This document shows, piece after piece, positions 20,114-28,510 of a DNA stretch of 59,897 nt. The translations under genes and the position numbers were made by a program. This DNA is from an uncultured Woeseia sp. (GTDB taxonomy: Bacteria; Pseudomonadota; Gammaproteobacteria; Steroidobacterales; UBA11654). Under the pieces are notes generated by a model, which worked only from the letters and a program-made list of their open reading frames with translations, made no database searches and was not told where the DNA came from. The stretch lies in contig CAYVTR010000008.1 in the NCBI GenBank assembly GCA_964454905.1, positions 1 through 59,897 on the forward strand, given 5' to 3'. Numbering within the stretch: position 1 is the stretch's first letter; every line of letters starts with the position of its first letter.

Positions 20114-20677
20114 ATGAACAGACTGATTATAGGAATTTCCGGTGCCAGTGGAATCATTTATGGTATCCGTGTTTTGCAAATTCTAAAAGGGATTGATGAC
20201 ATTGAAACCCATTTAGTTGTAACAAAAGGAGGTAAGTTAAATATCTCTCTGGAGAGCGACCTTGATCTTAAAGAGATTGAGTCTATGGCGGATGTTGTCC
20301 ATAACGATCGTAATTTAGGCGCAAGTATTGCTAGTGGTTCATTTGAGACCAGAGGAATGATTATAGCTCCTTGTTCCATGAAGACTCTTTCGGGAATTGT
20401 AAATTCATACGCAACCAATTTAATCGTCAGAGCTGCTGATGTAATTCTTAAGGAGACAAGACAATTAATTATAGTGCCCAGAGAAACCCCACTTCATCTT
20501 GGCCACACAGAGTTATTGTACAAAGCTTCATTGATGGGAGCTGATATTGTTCCTCCTAATCCCGCATTCTATAACCACCCAAAAACTATTGATGATATTG
20601 TTAATCATACTGTGGGACGTGTTCTGGATCTCGCTGGTGTTGATAATGATGTGGTTAAGCGGTGGCAAGGTGTTTAA
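20114..20677 (+). CDS. ubiX: Flavin prenyltransferase UbiX
   Basis: GISGASG, IASGS, APCSMKTL, RAADV, PRETP, PAFYNHP. Confidence 0.95.
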   Translation: MNRLIIGISGASGIIYGIRVLQILKGIDDIETHLVVTKGGKLNISLESDLDLKEIESMADVVHNDRNLGASIASGSFETRGMIIAPCSMKTLSGIVNSYATNLIVRAADVILKETRQLIIVPRETPLHLGHTELLYKASLMGADIVPPNPAFYNHPKTIDDIVNHTVGRVLDLAGVDNDVVKRWQGV

Positions 20678-20683
20678 ACGCCA

Positions 20684-21199
20684 ATGGTTAGTGAGTCCAT
20701 TGCAGAGCTAAAAGAACGTTTACAATTGTTCTTAAATGAGCACAATACTCTTACGATAGCCACCAGAAACGCACAATCAATTTGGGCAGCTACTGTGTTT
20801 TATATAGCTGATGCTGAGATGAATCTTTATTTCTTGTCCTCAGACAGAGCAAGGCATATCCAAGATATCGACAGTCATAATGAAGTTGCAGTCACTATTT
20901 ATCAAGATGTGAGTGATTGGCAATCAATCCAAGGGGTTCAAGCTACCGGTCATGTAAGTCATGTGGGAGAGGATAATAAATCTAGTGTCATAAATCAGTA
21001 CACCTCTAAATATGTTTTTCTAAAGGAGTTATTGAATAATCCTAAAGATGAGCAAGAAGAAAGGATTGCTCAGCAATTCAAAACCATCAGTCTTTTTAAA
21101 TTGGAGCCTTTTTACTATCGGATAATAGATAACTCAATTGAATTTGGTTACAAACAAGAAATTACTTTGATTGACGGTTCTTGGATTAAAAAAGATTAG
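20684..21199 (+). CDS. Pyridoxamine 5'-phosphate oxidase-like (split-barrel flavin-binding) protein
   Basis: LTIAT..WAATVFY, YFLSS..RH, VAVTI, W..IQGVQ..G, IDNS..FG.K pattern. Confidence 0.8.
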   Translation: MVSESIAELKERLQLFLNEHNTLTIATRNAQSIWAATVFYIADAEMNLYFLSSDRARHIQDIDSHNEVAVTIYQDVSDWQSIQGVQATGHVSHVGEDNKSSVINQYTSKYVFLKELLNNPKDEQEERIAQQFKTISLFKLEPFYYRIIDNSIEFGYKQEITLIDGSWIKKD

Positions 21200-21984
21200 T
21201 CTTCAGAGCTTGAGTATTTAGGTAGGGATCCTAAATGAGCTCCACTATCTACTATCAGAACTTCACCTGTTATGAGTTTTGCCCCCTCAAGAAACCACAC
21301 TAAGGTTTCAGCAACGTCTTCAGCGGTGGCAACTTGCTTTAAGGGTAATTCATTTTCAGCTTGTTCAATTAGTGCTGAATAGGCTTCATCACCCATGCCC
21401 CCTTTCAACCATCTTGTTTGAATAGGGCCCGGGGCTACAGCGTTAATTCTAATTTCAGGACCTAGAACATGAGCCAATGATTTGGTCATTATATTTAATG
21501 CAGCTTTAGAAGTGACATAGGCAATTGATGAACCAACACCATTGATACCAGCTAATGATGAGTCATTTACAATGGCACCCCCACCTTGTTGTTTCATATA
21601 TGGAACAACAGCTTTTATCATCTGATAGGGCCCAACAACATTAACTGAATAAATATCTAGGAAATCCTCACCAGATAAACCGTCAAGGTTCTCAAAAGGG
21701 TTAAATTTTGTTTTACCCGCATTATTGACAAGGTAATCAATTTTCCCCCATTTTTTTATTGTTGCTTCAACCATCGATTTACATTCATCATCATTAGAAA
21801 CATCAGCCTTAAACACGATGCACTCAACATTGTGTTGTTCAACTAATTGAGCCGTTGCCATAGCTTCTTCTTTTGATCGAGTGTAGTTAATAACAACATT
21901 ACAACCCTTCTCTGCCAGCAAGACTGCGGTAGCCGCCCCCACACCTGTGGCGGAGCCTGTAACTATTGCAACTTTTTCTTTCAT
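21196..21984 (-). CDS. Short-chain dehydrogenase/reductase
   Basis: TGSATGVG, NNAG, YVTSK, RINAVAPG. Confidence 0.93.
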   Translation of the reverse strand: MKEKVAIVTGSATGVGAATAVLLAEKGCNVVINYTRSKEEAMATAQLVEQHNVECIVFKADVSNDDECKSMVEATIKKWGKIDYLVNNAGKTKFNPFENLDGLSGEDFLDIYSVNVVGPYQMIKAVVPYMKQQGGGAIVNDSSLAGINGVGSSIAYVTSKAALNIMTKSLAHVLGPEIRINAVAPGPIQTRWLKGGMGDEAYSALIEQAENELPLKQVATAEDVAETLVWFLEGAKLITGEVLIVDSGAHLGSLPKYSSSED

Positions 21985-22127
21985 TATAATCTCTAGGTAT
22001 TAGTTGGTTATTGTATCGGTTAAACTATATTAAATCTTTGATTTAATTTGAAGTTGCTTAAGAGCGTGATGTTCAAAATGTTAAATCTAGAATATAATTT
22101 TTAATCATATTTACAGGAGATAATGAA

Positions 22128-23624
22128 GTGGATTTTAATGACATGAGAGGGTACTTAGAATTACTCAAAGATAAGGGCTTATTATTAGATTTAGATATTG
22201 AGCTTAATGTTGCAAGAGAAACCACTGAGCTTCAGGCTTTAATGAGGCATCTGCATAATCATGATGGACCGGCATTAATGTTAAATAATCTCGATGGGTA
22301 TAACACTAAAGATATTCCAGTATTATTTAACCCCTACGGTACTAGACAGAGAACTTCAATGATCTTAGGTACAGATGATCCTCTAGAAGCCAAGTTAAAA
22401 CATGCAGAAGTCTTAACTGATCAATCCAGATGGATAAAACCCAAAGTTATTGATGGCGCTAAAGCTCCTTGCAAAGAGAACAAGATAAATAAAGGGGAAA
22501 TCAATATAGGTAAACAACTTCCTCATGTTTGGTTTGGTAAAGAGGGCCCATCTTATATCACCAATGCTGTTGTGATTACAAAAGATCCCGAAACAGGTAT
22601 CCCAAATACAGGCTGTTATCGTTTGACCCAACTTTGGAACGCAACGCACCCAAATGGTGAGGTGTATTCAGATGAGGAACAGAGACAATGTTTATCTATT
22701 TTTGCTTTCTGGAACCCTCCAGGGAATCATATTGGGCTGCATTGGGCTAAAGCACAGGAAATAAACAAACCATTGGAGATAGCTATCGCCTGTGTCGTTG
22801 ACCCTGTCATACAAATTGCTGGAGCCACTAGCATACCTTTTGGATTAGATGAAATGGATTTTGCAGGTGGCTTAAGAGGTGAAGCTGTGGAAGTTGTTAA
22901 TTGTGAAACAATAGATCTACAAGTTCCTGCGAGTTCTGAGCTAGTGATAGAGGGACGATTCTTGCCTAACAGAGACGTGACGATTGGACCTCACTCTAAT
23001 CCAATAGGCTACTATGATGACGCTCAATTATTTCCATTGATTGAGGTTGATTGTATAACCCACCGAAATGAGCCTATTTGGTATGCGACCATGGAGATGG
23101 AACCTCCTTTTGACCATAACTATATGGCTTGTTTACCAATCGAAGGTGAATTACTTAGTGATTTGCAATCAAAAATACCTGAAGTCATCGATGTGGTGGT
23201 TACACCTAATTTGAGTTATTTTGTGCAACTTTCAGTTGATGGTGCACAAAAGCCACACCCTGAGTTTGGTAAATTTGTTTTGCATGCAGTTTGGGGTGCT
23301 AGCGGACGTTGGGGTCGAACTGCAAAGGTTGTTGTTGTTGTTGGACCTGATGTAAATCCTTATGATCTGTCAGAAGTTGAATGGGCTATACAGACAAGAG
23401 TCCAACCTTTTTCTGACACAATTATCAATAAATCTGGACAGGCTTTTCTCATGGATCCTTCTGCACCTAAAGACCCAGGTCATGGAATTGCTCTTCAGTC
23501 CGAACAAATAGGTATTGATGCAACAATAAAGGTTTTTGAGCGTTTTCACAGTTATCCAGAATACAGTAATGCTAACCCTGAGGATGTAGAAGCTATTGCT
23601 AAGAAGCTAAAAGATATCTTATAG
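22128..23624 (+). CDS. UbiD family prFMN-dependent protein with atypical active site
   Basis: ITKDPETG..NTGCYR, HIG, LDEMDFAG, LQVPASSELVIEG, DV.PYD..EVEWAI.TR, GIDAT; AGGAG SD. Confidence 0.92.
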   Translation: MDFNDMRGYLELLKDKGLLLDLDIELNVARETTELQALMRHLHNHDGPALMLNNLDGYNTKDIPVLFNPYGTRQRTSMILGTDDPLEAKLKHAEVLTDQSRWIKPKVIDGAKAPCKENKINKGEINIGKQLPHVWFGKEGPSYITNAVVITKDPETGIPNTGCYRLTQLWNATHPNGEVYSDEEQRQCLSIFAFWNPPGNHIGLHWAKAQEINKPLEIAIACVVDPVIQIAGATSIPFGLDEMDFAGGLRGEAVEVVNCETIDLQVPASSELVIEGRFLPNRDVTIGPHSNPIGYYDDAQLFPLIEVDCITHRNEPIWYATMEMEPPFDHNYMACLPIEGELLSDLQSKIPEVIDVVVTPNLSYFVQLSVDGAQKPHPEFGKFVLHAVWGASGRWGRTAKVVVVVGPDVNPYDLSEVEWAIQTRVQPFSDTIINKSGQAFLMDPSAPKDPGHGIALQSEQIGIDATIKVFERFHSYPEYSNANPEDVEAIAKKLKDIL

Positions 23625-23633
23625 CAAATAAAA

Positions 23634-23657
23634 AGGTCCACATAAAAATGTGGACCT
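23634..23657. terminator. Intrinsic terminator hairpin between convergent genes
   Basis: Perfect 10-bp stem AGGTCCACAT-aaaa-ATGTGGACCT with an A-run on the left (U-tract for the minus strand). Confidence 0.8.
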
Positions 23658-23679
23658 AATTAATTGATTGCAAGATCTT

Positions 23680-24306
23680 TTACATAAAGAAGCCCATATG
23701 TCCAGCTCCAACCATACACATAAGCATAGGGATTGAGAGCATGGTATTAGTTCTTGAGGCCAAAAAAGCAATTCTCGCACCTTTTGCTTTTTCCTCTGCA
23801 GTAGCTTCAACAATTCCCAAAACTTTTTTCTGATTAGGCCAAATAAGAATCCAGACATTGAAAAGCATAATCGTGCCCATCCAAGCACCAATTCCTATAA
23901 TCATGTTATATTCTGGATTAACAGGAGTTCCAACTAATCCCAACTCAAAAGCAGATTTTATACCTTCCATTCCACCACCTTTAGCATAAAGTATAGTGGC
24001 ACCTGATAACCAAGTTAGAAGTGCAGCCCATCTGAACCACAGTAATGCTCTAGGAGCAACATATTTAGTTATCGCTGCTGGTCCAGGACCACTTTCATCA
24101 GCATTTGCTTCTCCGATAGAGGGGACTTGAATGAAATTAAAATAATAAAGCAAACCAATCCAAGCGACTCCAGCAGCTACATGCACCCATGTGGAAATTG
24201 AGACCGTTGCGCCTACACCCGTAGATACATTTATTGAAAGGACTATAATTATAGAAATTACTAGTCCACTTATGATTGTTCCAGCAATCTTATCTAATGG
24301 ATTCAT
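23680..24306 (-). CDS. Urate oxidase N-terminal (PuuD/COG3748)-like membrane protein, no cytochrome c domain
   Basis: WVHVAAGVAWIGLLYYFNF, WFRWAAL.TWLSG, GTIMLFNVW..IWPNQKK, SRTNTMLSIPML. Confidence 0.85.
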   Translation of the reverse strand: MNPLDKIAGTIISGLVISIIIVLSINVSTGVGATVSISTWVHVAAGVAWIGLLYYFNFIQVPSIGEANADESGPGPAAITKYVAPRALLWFRWAALLTWLSGATILYAKGGGMEGIKSAFELGLVGTPVNPEYNMIIGIGAWMGTIMLFNVWILIWPNQKKVLGIVEATAEEKAKGARIAFLASRTNTMLSIPMLMCMVGAGHMGFFM

Positions 24307-24452
24307 ATCTTTACCCTCATGTAATTTGATTTAGAAAAAATATATCAATTTTTCATTATAGTCAAACACACCCCTCTAATTAAAATACATAATATTTTTT
24401 TCTCTAGAGAATTTATAATAGTCTTTATTCAAATTTTATAAAGGAGATTGTA

Positions 24453-24773
24453 ATGGATGTGAAAGATCGCATTAAGAACCAATTGGGTGAGTTTCCCCTT
24501 TTGCTTTATATGAAAGGAACACCAGATTTTCCTCAGTGTGGTTTTTCAGCAAAAGTTTGTGGAATCCTTAAAGCGTCAAATAAACGCTTTGCATTTGTTA
24601 ATATCCTTGAGGATCATGAGATCCGAGAGGGGCTGAAAACTTATTCAGATTGGCCCACTTTTCCTCAACTTTATGTTAACGGGGAACTAGTAGGCGGGTC
24701 TGACATTGTGGAGCAAATGTATAGTAATGGCGAATTGGATAACGTATTAGATAATGTGGAATACCCTGAATAA
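24453..24773 (+). CDS. grxD: Monothiol glutaredoxin Grx4
   Basis: MKGTPDFPQCGFS, WPTFPQLY, GGSD. Confidence 0.96.
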   Translation: MDVKDRIKNQLGEFPLLLYMKGTPDFPQCGFSAKVCGILKASNKRFAFVNILEDHEIREGLKTYSDWPTFPQLYVNGELVGGSDIVEQMYSNGELDNVLDNVEYPE

Positions 24774-24796
24774 GTATTGTCTTAGGAGAGTCTTTA

Positions 24797-26098
24797 ATTT
24801 CTAATAAAAAAACAGTTTTACTTCCTGATCTTGGAGATTTTAGCGATGTTGAAGTCGTTGAATTAATTGTAAAAGAGGGGGATGTGGTTAAAGTCGATGA
24901 CCCAATCCTTACCTTAGAGACAGATAAGGCAGCAATGGATGTTCCCAGCCCTTATCCTGGTAAAGTGATATCAATATATGCTAATAAGGGCGATAAGATT
25001 AATCAAGGCGATGATCTTTGTTTAATTGACGTTGATACTTCTCTTGCCGATGATCAAGACGATGAACCAGAAGCGGTAATGACTGAAGTCTCTGATGAGA
25101 TTACAAAAACTGAAACTACATTACCCACAGAAACGATTTCTAAGGAACATGAAACATCTAATTTTATTTCAAAGTCATTTTCAGGACTGCATGCCAGCCC
25201 TTCGGTTAGAAAGCTTGCTCGTGAATTAGGAGTTGACCTTACAGAAATTAAAGGGACTGGTTTAAAAGATCGTATCCAACCTGAAGATTTGAAGTCATAT
25301 GTTAAGGGAATCATAACAGGTAAAAAAACAGATGGGATTATGGGATTGCCAGAATTACCTATAATTGATTACGCCAATTTTGGTCCTATTGAAACTGTTC
25401 AGTTAAGTCGAATAAAGAAAATATCTGGCCCAAGACTTCAAGCCAGTTGGATTAATATACCGCATGTTACTCAGCATGATGAGGTTGATATTAATGAGTT
25501 AGAGCAAATAAGAATTGATTTAAAGGATGAGGCTAAAGCACAAGGTTTTTCATTAACTATTCTTGCTTTCATCATCAAAGGTGTTTGTAAGGTGTTACTC
25601 GACTTCCCTGATTTTAATTCCTCTTTGGATGCAAAGGGAGAGAACCTCATTCATAAAAAATACATCAATATAGGATTTGCAGCTAATACAGACAACGGGT
25701 TAATGGTGCCTGTAATAAAAAAAGCAGAACAAAAAGATCTATTAACAATTGCAAAAGAGCTTTCTGAATTAAGCAAGCTAGCTCGTGATGGTAAGATTCA
25801 ACTCAGTGATATGCAAGGAGGAACCTTTACAGTATCAAGTTTGGGTGGCTTTGGTGGCACTGGATTCACTCCGATCATTAATGCACCTGAGGTAGCAATC
25901 CTAGGGGTAGCAAGATCAAAGATTAAACCTGTTTTTGTTAAAGGCCAGTTTCTTCCAAGGTTGATACTTCCTATTTCACTTTCTTATGATCATCGGGTAA
26001 TTGATGGAGTAGGAGGGATTCAATTCACTACGCAACTTAAAAACACCTTAGAGGACCCTTCCAGTTTCCTTGACATTTCTTCAGATGAAAATGGCTGA
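24797..26098 (+). CDS. aceF: Pyruvate dehydrogenase E2 (dihydrolipoamide acetyltransferase), single lipoyl domain; start inferred at ATT 24797
   Basis: LPDLGDF...ETDKAAM lipoyl domain, HASPSVRKLAREL, IPHVTQHDE, FTPIINAPE, SYDHRVIDG. Confidence 0.92.
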   Translation: MSNKKTVLLPDLGDFSDVEVVELIVKEGDVVKVDDPILTLETDKAAMDVPSPYPGKVISIYANKGDKINQGDDLCLIDVDTSLADDQDDEPEAVMTEVSDEITKTETTLPTETISKEHETSNFISKSFSGLHASPSVRKLARELGVDLTEIKGTGLKDRIQPEDLKSYVKGIITGKKTDGIMGLPELPIIDYANFGPIETVQLSRIKKISGPRLQASWINIPHVTQHDEVDINELEQIRIDLKDEAKAQGFSLTILAFIIKGVCKVLLDFPDFNSSLDAKGENLIHKKYINIGFAANTDNGLMVPVIKKAEQKDLLTIAKELSELSKLARDGKIQLSDMQGGTFTVSSLGGFGGTGFTPIINAPEVAILGVARSKIKPVFVKGQFLPRLILPISLSYDHRVIDGVGGIQFTTQLKNTLEDPSSFLDISSDENG

Positions 26099-27755
26099 AA
26101 TTAGAATTCCAGATTTAGGTGACTTTGATGCAGTTGTTGTTGTCGAAGTCCATGTTGTGGATGGTCAAGAAGTTAAAGAGAATGATCCTATTATTACCTT
26201 AGAGACTGAAAAAGCTGCAATGGATGTCACTGCAATGCATAAAGGGTCCATTCTATCTGTTAGTGTTAAGTCTGGGGATAGGGTTTCTACAGGGGACGTT
26301 ATTGCACAACTCTCTGATGAATCTTCTCTACAAGCAGAAGCAACTGACCAACCTGACAAAACTTATGATCTAGCGGTTATTGGGGCTGGACCGGGTGGAT
26401 ACACAGCTGCTTTTAGAGCTGCGGATCTTGGCTTAAGGGTTGCTTTAATTGATAAAAATAATGTTTTAGGTGGGGTATGTTTGAATGTTGGCTGCATTCC
26501 TTCAAAGGCTTTTTTACACGCTGCAAAAGTTATTGATGATTCTAAAGACGCCTCATTAGTAGGTATAGATTTCAAATCACCTGTAATTAGTTTAGAAAAA
26601 ATGAAAAACTGGAAGAATGGAGTCATAGATGGGTTAACCCAAGGACTTAAGGGGTTAGCACAACAAAGGAAGGTAGAGTGTTTCCAAGGCCGAGCTGAAT
26701 TCACGTCTGACCAAACAATAGAGATTTCTTTAGAGAATGATCGACAAGACATACAATTTTCAAGTGCCATTATAGCTGTTGGATCTGAGCCCGCATCATT
26801 AGATTTTTTACCAGATGATCCAAGAGTAATTGATTCAACTGGAGCATTAGAGCCTAAAGAGATACCAAAGACCATTCTAATTATAGGCGGAGGTATCATT
26901 GGTTTAGAGATGGCTACCATTTATTCTGCACTTGGTTCAAAGGTAACCATAGTCGAATTACTTGATCAGTTAATGCCTGGCACCGATCAAGATCTAGTAA
27001 AACCCCTAGAGCGACACTTAGAGAAGAAATGTGAAGCTATTTATAAATCAAGCAAGGTGATCAAAGCAGAAGCAAATAAGAATGGTATCTCAGTTGTCCT
27101 TGAAATTGATGATGAGCAACAACAACAAATGTTTGACCAAGTATTAGTTGCTATAGGTAGAAAAGCAAACGGCAATAAGATGAAAGCTAAAGATATAGGT
27201 GTGGATGTCAATCAGAATGGAACCATAGATGTTGATGGACAAATGCGAACCAACTGTAGAAACATTTTTGCGATCGGTGATGTTGTGGGAGACCCTATGT
27301 TGGCACACAAAGCAAGTTATGAAGGTAAAATTGCAGCAGAAGTGATTGCAGGTCAAAAATCAGTTATGGACATCAGATGTATTCCATCCGTTGCTTATAC
27401 AGACCCAGAAATAGCATGGGTAGGATTAACAGAAAATGAATGCAATAATCAGAATATCGATTATAAAAAAGGGATGTTCCCATGGTCAGCAAGTGGGCGA
27501 GCATTAACTATCGGAAGAAATGAAGGGCTAACAAAATTACTCTTCGACCCCAAAACTAAAAGAGTTATTGGTGGAGGAATTGTGGGAACTAACGCAGGGG
27601 ATTTAATCTCAGAAATAGCTTTAGCGATAGAAATGGATTGCGATGTTAGTGATATTGCCCTGACAATACATCCACATCCAACCTTATCTGAAACAGTAGC
27701 TTTGGCAGCAGAAGTATTTGAAGGCACGGTAACAGACCTTTATCTGAAAAATTAA
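26091..27755 (+). CDS. lpdA: Dihydrolipoamide dehydrogenase with N-terminal lipoyl domain (start ATG 26091)
   Basis: IPDLGDF..ETEKAAM, GAGPGGY, GGVCLNVGCIPSK, HPHPTLSE. Confidence 0.96.
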   Translation: MAEIRIPDLGDFDAVVVVEVHVVDGQEVKENDPIITLETEKAAMDVTAMHKGSILSVSVKSGDRVSTGDVIAQLSDESSLQAEATDQPDKTYDLAVIGAGPGGYTAAFRAADLGLRVALIDKNNVLGGVCLNVGCIPSKAFLHAAKVIDDSKDASLVGIDFKSPVISLEKMKNWKNGVIDGLTQGLKGLAQQRKVECFQGRAEFTSDQTIEISLENDRQDIQFSSAIIAVGSEPASLDFLPDDPRVIDSTGALEPKEIPKTILIIGGGIIGLEMATIYSALGSKVTIVELLDQLMPGTDQDLVKPLERHLEKKCEAIYKSSKVIKAEANKNGISVVLEIDDEQQQQMFDQVLVAIGRKANGNKMKAKDIGVDVNQNGTIDVDGQMRTNCRNIFAIGDVVGDPMLAHKASYEGKIAAEVIAGQKSVMDIRCIPSVAYTDPEIAWVGLTENECNNQNIDYKKGMFPWSASGRALTIGRNEGLTKLLFDPKTKRVIGGGIVGTNAGDLISEIALAIEMDCDVSDIALTIHPHPTLSETVALAAEVFEGTVTDLYLKN

Positions 27756-27842
27756 GCTTGTTAGCAAGCAGTTGACAGCTGCTAGTTTGTATATGCAGGG
27801 ATGGATTGTTAGGATTTAGGTGGAGAAATTTGGGCATAGAAT

Positions 27843-28112
27843 TTGAAAACACAATTGGAAGAAAAAGAAAATCCATATCTAAAAATAGGATTTTGGGATG
27901 GTCTAGCATACACAACACTGTTTGTTATTTTATTCCCATGGTCCTTGCTATACCTTTTAATTTTTCGAGGCATTGAAAACACCAAAGATTTTTTAGTTTT
28001 TTTTGTAAGAGATCTTTTGATCACAATAGTGATTACTGTGATTTCAGTTATCTTAATAATAGTACCAGCGATGTATTATCTAGTTTCTTGGATTGCACAG
28101 TTGTTAAGTTGA
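27843..28112 (+). CDS. Hypothetical small membrane protein
   Basis: TTG start after GGAG; hydrophobic segments; no family recognised. Confidence 0.5.
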   Translation: MKTQLEEKENPYLKIGFWDGLAYTTLFVILFPWSLLYLLIFRGIENTKDFLVFFVRDLLITIVITVISVILIIVPAMYYLVSWIAQLLS

Positions 28113-28216
28113 AGTAGCTATAAACTAGGCAAGAGAAAAACTGTATCTACAGAGGCAGTGTGACTAAAACACCAACCTTTGTGAATCTTGACAGGTTTGT
28201 TAGGATTGTGGTTCTA

Positions 28217-28486
28217 ATGCGTTTAGATAAAATCAATGCAGTCGGTGGAACATTTGTACTTATTTGTGGTGTTCTATTATATTTGTCACCTGATAACTTA
28301 ACTGCCAATAGTATTATTATTCAGTTAGCAGGAATTATAGGTGCTAGTTATCTAGCCTCTGTACTTATCCACTTATTCATTACAAAACGAATGAGTAAGA
28401 ATGTTGAGCTAGTTACTGTATATGCTTGGTATTCCAGTCTTGTAGGTCTAGCAATAGTTATTAGTGAAATAGCTAGTCTAGTGTAA
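28217..28486 (+). CDS. Hypothetical 3-TM membrane protein (start ATG 28217 or GTG 28160)
   Basis: Three hydrophobic helices; no family recognised. Confidence 0.5.
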   Translation: MRLDKINAVGGTFVLICGVLLYLSPDNLTANSIIIQLAGIIGASYLASVLIHLFITKRMSKNVELVTVYAWYSSLVGLAIVISEIASLV

Positions 28487-28510
28487 GACAGGTCTTATTA
28501 ATCAATGAAG

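Noticed and set aside
1905-23624. Archaeal-type mevalonate pathway (HMGS plus UbiD-type anhydromevalonate-phosphate decarboxylase plus UbiX)
   Set aside because: The genes are about 17 kb apart, no aconitase-X dehydratase, HMGR or kinases are in the window, and the UbiD lacks the acidic catalytic motif.
27756-28510. Integron cassettes
   Set aside because: No convincing attC (RYYYAAC...GTTRRRY with internal palindrome) and no intI.
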